NCBI GenBank assembly: GCA_045602065.1
Contig: JAZSAX010000008.1
Coordinates: 1-47,546 of the forward strand
Direction: 5' to 3'
Source: Clostridia bacterium
Lineage (GTDB): Bacteria; Bacillota; Clostridia; TANB77; CAG-508
DNA length: 47,546 bases
The position numbers and the translations under genes are program-made. The notes beneath the pieces are model-generated. The model was not told the DNA's origin, ran no database searches, and worked only from the letters and a program-made list of their open reading frames with translations. Of this stretch, positions 10,243-17,300 are shown one piece after another; position 1 is the stretch's first letter, and every line of letters starts with the position of its first letter.

Positions 10243-11517
10243 ATGAAAATTATAGAGAATTCAAAGGTAAAAGAGAAAGTATATGTAGAAAAACTTGAAA
10301 ATGGTTTGACTGTTATGATAATTCCTAAAAAAGGAGTTCAAAAGAAATATGTAATCTGGGGAACTAATTACGGATCAAATGATAGCAAATTCATTGTACC
10401 AGGAGAAGAACAAGAAACAGAAGTGCCAAAAGGAGTTGCACATTTTTTAGAACACAAGATGTTTGAACAAGAAAATGGAATAAATAGTTTAGATGCACTT
10501 ACTGCTTTAGGAGTAGAAGCAAATGCATACACAACAAATGACCATACAGCATATTTATTTGAATGTACAGAAAATTTTTATCCAGCATTAGATGAACTTA
10601 TGGATTATGTTCAAAATCCATATTTTACTGACGAAAATGTAGAAAAAGAAAAAGGAATTATTGGACAAGAAATAATGATGTATGATGATTATCCTGATTG
10701 GAGAGTATATCTAAATACATTAGAGGCAATGTACCATGAACATCCTGTAAAATTAGATATTACAGGAACAATTGAAACAATAAGTAAAATTGATAAAGAT
10801 GTTTTATATAAATGTTATAACACATTTTATAATCCATCAAATATGGCAATGGTAGTTTGTGGTGATTTTGAACCAGAACAATTACTTGAAGAAATAAAGA
10901 AAAGATTAATTCCTAAAGAAGCAAATGGAGAAATAAAAAGAATTTATCCTGAAGAAAAAACAGATATCGTAAAAGATAAAGTAGAACAAGCTATGGATGT
11001 AAGTCAACCATTATTTACAATAGGAATTAAAGACAAAGTTGCAGATACTAAAGAAAGAGTTCGAAAACATATTGCAATAGAAATATTGTTAAATATGATT
11101 ATGGGAAAGAGTTCTAAATTATATAAAGAATTATATGAAGATGGAATATTATTTGTAACACCAAGTTTAGATTATGAGTTTGCAAGAGGGTATGCACATA
11201 TTCTAATTACAGGTCAATCTCCTGAACCAGAAAAAGTATATGATAAATTTAAACAAAGAGTAACAGAAATGAAAGAAGACCCAATAGATTCAAAAGAATT
11301 TAATAGAATCAAAAAAAGAATCTATGGTGGATATGTAAAAGAATATAATGATACAGCTGATATAGCAAGAATGTTTTTAGCAGATTTCTTCAAAGAAATA
11401 AATAGTTTTGATTATTTGGAAGAAATGACAACAATTAATGAACAATATGTCGAACAAGTTTTAAAAGAAGTGTTTGATGACAAAAAAATGATTATTTCTG
11501 TAATAAAAAAGGCTTAA
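10243..11517 (+). CDS. M16 family zinc peptidase (catalytic subunit)
   Basis: 424 aa. HFLEH (HxxEH) zinc motif in GVAHFLEHKMFE. The start directly abuts the upstream stop. Confidence 0.82.
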   Translation: MKIIENSKVKEKVYVEKLENGLTVMIIPKKGVQKKYVIWGTNYGSNDSKFIVPGEEQETEVPKGVAHFLEHKMFEQENGINSLDALTALGVEANAYTTNDHTAYLFECTENFYPALDELMDYVQNPYFTDENVEKEKGIIGQEIMMYDDYPDWRVYLNTLEAMYHEHPVKLDITGTIETISKIDKDVLYKCYNTFYNPSNMAMVVCGDFEPEQLLEEIKKRLIPKEANGEIKRIYPEEKTDIVKDKVEQAMDVSQPLFTIGIKDKVADTKERVRKHIAIEILLNMIMGKSSKLYKELYEDGILFVTPSLDYEFARGYAHILITGQSPEPEKVYDKFKQRVTEMKEDPIDSKEFNRIKKRIYGGYVKEYNDTADIARMFLADFFKEINSFDYLEEMTTINEQYVEQVLKEVFDDKKMIISVIKKA

Positions 11518-11567
11518 TTGTAATTTAATTTTATGATTGTAATATAAATTACACAAGATTGTAATAT
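11517..11567 (+). repeat. Three direct repeats of (G)ATTGTAAT(AT) upstream of the spo0E-like gene
   Basis: aATTGTAATtT at 11517, then GATTGTAATAT at 11535-11545 and 11557-11567 (22-nt spacing). Confidence 0.6.
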
Positions 11568-11603
11568 TACTAACGTAGAATAATGTGATTAAATGTGAAA
11601 AGT

Positions 11604-11610
11604 TGTCGAA
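11604..11610 (+). promoter_or_regulatory. Consensus Spo0A box (TGTCGAA)
   Basis: Exact TGTCGAA heptamer about 60 nt upstream of the -35 of the spo0E-like gene. Confidence 0.35.
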
Positions 11611-11668
11611 ATACAGTAAAATTAAGAGAAAAAGGTCATACGAAAAACGAAAAAAATGAAATATTTCA

Positions 11669-11697
11669 TTGACCTAAATGTAAAAATATGGTAAATT
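11669..11697 (+). promoter_or_regulatory. Promoter of the spo0E-like gene
   Basis: TTGACC (11669-11674), 17-nt spacer, TAAATT (11692-11697) preceded by TGG. Confidence 0.45.
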
Positions 11698-11740
11698 ATA
11701 AATATACAGACAAATAATTGTAAAAAAGGAGAGATGCTGT

Positions 11741-11890
11741 ATGTTAAATGAAGAAATTTGTAAATTAAGAAATAAACTTAATGAAAGTATTGTTACAGGT
11801 AAAGACTATAGCATAATTTATCAATTGAGTATTGAACTTGATGAATTAATTGCAGAATATTATAGAAGAAATAAAAAGGCAGTTAGTTAA
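11741..11890 (+). CDS. Spo0E-family aspartyl-phosphate phosphatase-like small protein (49 aa, not in the ORF track)
   Basis: Own translation: MLNEEICKLRNKLNESIVTGKDYSIIYQLSIELDELIAEYYRRNKKAVS. Size and helix-hairpin pattern resemble Spo0E-like proteins. GGAGAG RBS upstream. Confidence 0.5.
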   Translation: MLNEEICKLRNKLNESIVTGKDYSIIYQLSIELDELIAEYYRRNKKAVS

Positions 11891-11903
11891 TAACTGCCTT
11901 TTT
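11873..11903. terminator. Bidirectional terminator shared by the convergent spo0E-like and ygjV-like genes
   Basis: AAAAA-GGCAGTTA-gttaa-TAACTGCC-TTTTT. Both stop codons lie inside the hairpin. Confidence 0.7.
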
Positions 11904-12344
11904 AGAACAATGCAACTTATATATGGCAATAGTATTTGTTACAATAGTCATAAAGTCAAATATCGCAGATGTATATGATTGGATATATATGTCATAAATA
12001 AACCATAAAATTACAGTTGTAATAACTAAGATTTTGAATTTTACAACATCTTTTAAATCTATTAGTAAAGTATATACAACTGTACTTATTAAAGGAAGTA
12101 GTCCCCAAAGTCCTAGATTGTTGAAAAATAGTGAAAATACTGAGGTAATAATCACTAATAATATTTTTTCTTTATTTCCCAATTTGTTTTTATAAAATAA
12201 TATATTTCTAATACAGGCAAATGCATTTGTTATAGCACCTGTAATTCCGCCTAATACAAGATTGCTTATTACAAATAGCAAGATTTGTATTGTTTGAATA
12301 TATATAATTTTTTCTTTTTTTCTTATTAAGCCTGAATATACCAT
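11883..12344 (-). CDS. YgjV-like inner membrane protein. The N-terminus is probably interrupted by an in-frame TAA (see findings).
   Basis: 153-aa multi-TM ORF. The frame continues upstream to ATG 12395 (AGAGAG RBS; promoter TTGAAA 12458-12453 / TATAGT 12435-12430) through a single TAA at 12362-12360. Confidence 0.5.
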   Translation of the reverse strand: MVYSGLIRKKEKIIYIQTIQILLFVISNLVLGGITGAITNAFACIRNILFYKNKLGNKEKILLVIITSVFSLFFNNLGLWGLLPLISTVVYTLLIDLKDVVKFKILVITTVILWFIYDIYIQSYTSAIFDFMTIVTNTIAIYKLHCSKKAVIN

Positions 12345-12525
12345 TAATAGTGATGCAATTTATGCAATTATATTTCCTATTATTATAAAAATCATTTTAT
12401 CTCTCTTTTCATTTATATTTTATGATATTACTATATAATATTTTTTTGAAGATTTCAAGTTTTGTTTTATACAAAGAAGAACAACTTATTATTGGATTTG
12501 TTTAGCAAAAATTATGTATTATCAA

Positions 12526-12554
12526 TTGAATTTCTAAGGAAAATGCTGTATAAT
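12526..12554 (+). promoter_or_regulatory. Near-consensus sigma-A promoter driving the small hydrophobic peptide
   Basis: TTGAAT (12526-12531), 17-nt spacer ending in TG, TATAAT (12549-12554). Confidence 0.65.
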
Positions 12555-12602
12555 AATTAAGCCTTTCGGCAAATAAGTCAGGAAGGAGGTGTTTTTTTAC
12601 AA

Positions 12603-12671
12603 ATGAAAAAATACATAAAATTTTTAACTTTAATCATTGTTCTTTTGATATTAAAAGAATTAAATGATTGA
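12603..12671 (+). CDS. 22-aa hydrophobic peptide, candidate type I toxin (not in the ORF track)
   Basis: Strong SD GGAAGGAGG (12581-12589). ATG 12603 to TGA 12671 encodes MKKYIKFLTLIIVLLILKELND. Has its own promoter and terminator. Confidence 0.45.
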   Translation: MKKYIKFLTLIIVLLILKELND

Positions 12672-12675
12672 AATG

Positions 12676-12710
12676 AAAAGACTAGGAATGGCAGTTCCTA
12701 GTCTCTTTTT
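12676..12710. terminator. Bidirectional intrinsic terminator
   Basis: AAAA-GACTAGGAA-tggcag-TTCCTAGTC-TCTTTTT (9-bp stem, A-run on the 5' side, T-run on the 3' side). Confidence 0.75.
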
Positions 12711-12752
12711 GTGTTTTTCACAAATAAAAAATACATAAAATTAATTTTTTGT
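12676..12752 (-). ncRNA. Predicted ~75-nt antisense RNA (candidate type I antitoxin)
   Basis: Leftward promoter TTGACA (12788-12783), 17 nt, TGT-TAATAT (12765-12760). The transcript would contain the complement of repeat 12711-12742, which matches the peptide's translation-initiation region (12589-12622), and end at the shared terminator. Confidence 0.35.
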
Positions 12753-12796
12753 TAAATATATATTAACATATTATTATTTATATGTCAATAATATTT

Positions 12797-12871
12797 TGGA
12801 GGCGCCTATCGGAATCGAACCGATGAATCAGAGTTTTGCAGACTCGTGCCTTACCGCTTGGCTAAGGCGCC
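12797..12871 (-). tRNA. tRNA-Cys (GCA), CCA encoded
   Basis: Reverse complement GGCGCCTTAGCCAAGCGGTAAGGCACGAGTCTGCAAAACTCTGATTCATCGGTTCGATTCCGATAGGCGCCTCCA folds as a cloverleaf. Anticodon loop CTGCAAA, canonical TTCGATT T-loop. Confidence 0.9.
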
Positions 12872-12892
12872 GTTTTATAATAAAAAAATGTC

Positions 12893-12966
12893 TGGAGCAG
12901 GTAACGGGAATCGGACCCGTAACTAATCCTTGGCAAGGATTTATTTTACCACTAAACTATACCTGC
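12893..12966 (-). tRNA. tRNA-Gly (GCC), CCA encoded, with an atypical T-loop
   Basis: Reverse complement GCAGGTATAGTTTAGTGGTAAAATAAATCCTTGCCAAGGATTAGTTACGGGTCCGATTCCCGTTACCTGCTCCA. Anticodon loop TTGCCAA. The T-loop reads TCCGATT, with C at the position normally U55. Confidence 0.8.
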
Positions 12967-12981
12967 ATCAGTGACTTAATA

Positions 12982-13010
12982 ATAATAACAAAATATTTAA
13001 GATTTGTCAA
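12982..13010 (-). promoter_or_regulatory. Promoter of the tRNA-Gly/tRNA-Cys operon
   Basis: Minus strand: TTGACA (13010-13005), 17-nt spacer ending in TGT, TATTAT (12987-12982), about 15 nt before the tRNA-Gly 5' end. Confidence 0.65.
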
Positions 13011-13017
13011 TACCGTA

Positions 13018-14268
13018 TCAGATTTTTTTGTATAACAAAGTTTCTAAATAATATATATAATTTTTAATCATTTCTTTCAAAAAATCATCATAATCTTTTT
13101 TCGGTATGAAATTAGAATTATAGATATTTAAAGTAATTACAGTTTTTTCATTTATACCAACAGTAAGATAACCAATAGAAGAATTTGCAGGCAAAGGAGC
13201 TTCAAAAGAGGTATTACAATATATGTATATGCTAATGTCACTTGTTTGATTACAATTTACTGGAAAATAATTAAATGGTAAATCTTCAAGAAAAATATCC
13301 AGATTATTAGACAATCCTTTTTTTACAACAATACTTGAAGAATTGCATAATTCCCAATTTTCAAATTCTGTTAAAATCTTTTCTTTAATATTAATCATTT
13401 CAAAATTTTGGTAAGCATATTCAATTAATTTAATACTATCTCTTGTTCTATCTTTTTTGGTATCAGCTCCAAGAACGATACAAATCAAATCCATGTTATC
13501 ACGTTTAATAGATGTTACAAGGCAACGATTAGCTCCATTTGTAAATCCTGTTTTTACACCATAAACACCATTTAAATTTCCAAGAAGTTCATTTGTATTT
13601 GTTAAATTTTTAGGTTTGCCATTAATGGAAACAGTATAATTTTTTGTCCCTACATAATTACAAAAAGTTTCGTTTTGTAGAGCATAATGAGTTATAGTAG
13701 CAAGTTCATAAGCAGTTGTAAAATGTTCATCATTATCAAGGCCATGAGGTGTAACAAAATGTGTTGAAGTTAGCTTCAAAAAATCACATTTTGCATTCAT
13801 CAAAGAAGCAAAACCAGAAACGTCACCACCAACATATTCAGCAAGTGCAACAGCAGCATCATTTCCTGAGCATAGCATTAAACCATAAAGCAAATCACGA
13901 ATAGAAATCTTGTCATTTGTATGAAGCCCAAGACGTGAACCTCCAGTACCTGCCGCTTTGGATGAAACTGTAACAATATCGTCAAGATTAGCATTTTCAA
14001 TAACAATTATTGCTGTCATAATTTTTGTAGTTGAAGCCATTTTTCTTTGTTCATTTTCATTTTTGCCAAAAAGAATAGAACCTGAAGTTCTGTCATAAAT
14101 AATTGCAGCTCTAGAATTGATTGTTGGTTCATCTACGATACTAGAAGAAACTTCAATTAATGCTGAAAGATTATTAGATATTTCTTCATTTTCATCATCA
14201 GCAAAAACTATATAATTAAAAGATAAAATGAAAACTGTAAAAGCAAGAAAAATCTTATAAAATTTCAC
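13018..14268 (-). CDS. D-alanyl-D-alanine carboxypeptidase (S11, PBP5/DacB/DacF type)
   Basis: 416 aa with a signal/TM N-terminus. Motifs SxxK (ASTTK), SxN (CSGND) and KTG (VKTGFT). Confidence 0.85.
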   Translation of the reverse strand: MKFYKIFLAFTVFILSFNYIVFADDENEEISNNLSALIEVSSSIVDEPTINSRAAIIYDRTSGSILFGKNENEQRKMASTTKIMTAIIVIENANLDDIVTVSSKAAGTGGSRLGLHTNDKISIRDLLYGLMLCSGNDAAVALAEYVGGDVSGFASLMNAKCDFLKLTSTHFVTPHGLDNDEHFTTAYELATITHYALQNETFCNYVGTKNYTVSINGKPKNLTNTNELLGNLNGVYGVKTGFTNGANRCLVTSIKRDNMDLICIVLGADTKKDRTRDSIKLIEYAYQNFEMINIKEKILTEFENWELCNSSSIVVKKGLSNNLDIFLEDLPFNYFPVNCNQTSDISIYIYCNTSFEAPLPANSSIGYLTVGINEKTVITLNIYNSNFIPKKDYDDFLKEMIKNYIYYLETLLYKKI

Positions 14269-14334
14269 AAAAAATCACCCCAAAAAATGAACTAATAAAA
14301 TATATGAAAATCATAAAAAAATATGATAAAAATG

Positions 14335-14363
14335 TTGCTTTTAAAACCTAAAAGAAGTATAAT
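14335..14363 (+). promoter_or_regulatory. Promoter of the large surface-protein gene
   Basis: TTGCTT (14335-14340), 17-nt spacer, TATAAT (14358-14363). Confidence 0.55.
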
Positions 14364-14397
14364 ATAAGATGTATAAAACTTTTTAGGACAGATAAAT

Positions 14398-17300
14398 ATG
14401 AAAAAGAAAATAATAAGCGTATTAATTATAATATCAATAATTGTAACTATCTTATTAGGAAGCATGATAAGTTATGCAAAATATGCTTCAGATAAACCAT
14501 TAACTGTAAAATTAACAAAAGCAGATTCAAATGGAGTAGGATATGCAGTTAATAATCCTAATAGCGGTGGAAAATATATATGGAATATACTATCATATGA
14601 CAGTACTGGTGCAGAAGAACAAAGAAACCTATATTGTGTGAAAGCAGAATATGGAGCTACATGGAAAACCACACCAGAAAAAGAAGTAGTATATAATTTA
14701 CAATATGATTTGCACTCAGATAGAGATATGTTAGGACAAAACTTAGGAACCGATTCTGATTCTGAAGTTGTAGCATCTTTGATAAAAGTGAATGGTGGTC
14801 AATATGAACAATTACTATGGCTATTTGACAATATGTATATGCCAGAAGACACAGACAAAGATGAATTTTTAGAAAAAATTGGTGTATTAAAAGATGAACT
14901 AGGATATTACAAACAAGTTGGAGAAAATAAAGTTCCTTATAATTCTGTTTTGACAGAAGAAGATATAATAGCAATTCAAAAAGTGGCTATTTGGAAATTT
15001 ACTAATGGAGGAACATATAGTTTAACACCAGAACAAACACTATGGTTTAATATTATAACAGGTCAAGACAATGAAGGAAATTATACTTATGATACATTAA
15101 AGACTGATTATCCAGATAGAAATGAGCAAGCGATGCTTTTATATAATTATCTAATAACGGAGGCAGATAAGAATGAGAATAAAGCATTATATGAAGACTA
15201 TGCTAATCAAGCAAATAATGTAACAATAGATACAACCAATTTGACTCAAGATGAAAATAACAATTATATATTACAAACAAGAATTGTTAATGGTAAATAT
15301 GTAACAGGACCAATAAAAATAACAGCAGAAAACAATAATCCTTATTACATTGATTTATCAGTTACAAATAATTCTGTAGATGTAGCATTTGATTTCGTAA
15401 ATGCAGATGGCTCAGCAATAGAAAATGCAACTATCGAATCTTTAGTTGGAACAGAGTTTTATATAAGTACAGATATAAGTACAATAGATGAACTAAATAT
15501 ATCAATATCTGTAAAACAAGAAAGAAGAAATAAAACATTATGGCTATCTGGTGGGGAAATGAAAGACGAAGAGACAGGTAAAACATTAATTATATTACCT
15601 GGTGAACAACCAATAGTAGAAATTAAGGAAACAGATCCAGTAATTACAAGCTTTATAGTAAAACCATTTGACCTAGCATTAAGAAAATATATAACAGCAG
15701 TAAAAAGTGGAGAAACAACTACAGCTATAAATACAAGAATACCAAATTATGGAGATTTATCAGCATTAGAAGCAGGAACAACAGCTGAATACAAACATAG
15801 AAAAGATCCAGTAGAAGTAAAAGATGGAGATGTTGTTACATACACAATTGCAATTTATAATGAAGGTAGTAAAGCAGGCTATGCAAGTAAAATAATAGAT
15901 CAGTTACCAGCAGGATTATTCATGAGTAATATACATACTAATGAAACTAATGGTGGTATAGTAACATCAAAAGATAGTCAAGGAAATCCAGTAAATACTT
16001 ATAAAATAGAATGGGATTATATAAAAAATCCTATGAACTATTTAAATCAAATAACATTGACAATTGCAGATGAAGAAAATGCAGTAAGTTTAAATCCGTA
16101 TACAACAGAAAATGGATTAGATTATGAAACAATAGAAATACAATGTAGAGTTGAACAAGAACCACATACAAAAAATGATATAATATTGACAAATGTGGCT
16201 TGGATAGAAGAAGCTTATGATTCAGAAGCAGAAAAAGAAATATCATCAGAAGGAACATTAGATAGAGATTCACAACCACAATTATCACCAGATGTAGATA
16301 AAGACAACATGGAAAATTATAAAGGTAATAATGAAAATAAAAATGCTTTAGAAGATAGTTCTTATCATTATAAAGGTGAACAAGATGATGATGATTTCGA
16401 GAAATTAGTAATAAAAGCAGTACCTAAAAACTTTGATTTAGCATTATTTAAACATATAGCAGCAATAAGCAAAGATCAAACAATAGAGGATGGAGAATAT
16501 GTAACAGATACAGGAAGCATAGATGGAACATATTTAAGAGCACCGGTTGTAACAGCAATAGATCCACAAACAGGCAAAATAACTTATGAACAAGATGATA
16601 AAGTAGCATTAATTGTAGAACCAGGTGATTATGTATTATATACAATAAGAGTGTATAATGAGGGAGAAATCAGTGGTTATGCAAGTAAAATTAAAGACAC
16701 ATTACCAGTAGGATTAGATTTTGTAGAAGACAATGTTGAATATAATGGTATATGGAAATTAGAAGGTTTAGATTCTGATGGAAGACAAGTACTAACAACA
16801 ACATGGTACGCACAAGGAAATGGCGCTGAAACAGATGCTGAAGAAGGAGATGCAAATTATCAAGCAAATTTATTAAAAGCATTAAACAAAGAAAGTGTAG
16901 TAAGTAATGAGAATCCAGATTACATAGATGCTCAAGTTTTATGCCAAGTAGTAGAAAATGCTACATCAGATAGAGTGTTAGTAAATTATGCACAAATATC
17001 AGATGATACAGATGAAAATGGTAAAACAATAGACGATATAGATTCTACAACAGACGAATGGATTGATAATGAAGATGATCAAGATATTGAAAGAATAAAA
17101 GTACAATGTTTTGACTTAAGCTTAAGAAAATTCATAACAGCAGTAGAGGGAAAAGAATTAAAGGATAGCAATGGAAAATATACAAGAGAACCTGTTGTAG
17201 ATGTATCAAATCTAATTAACGGATTAAGCTCAACTGCAACATATACACATCCAAAACAACCAGTAGCAGTACAAGTTGGAAATAAAGTAGTATACACAAT

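Noticed and set aside
12796-13035. 79-aa plus-strand ORF in the track
   Set aside because: It is the antisense of two well-folding tRNA genes (Cys, Gly) and their promoter. It has no RBS and is a spurious ORF.
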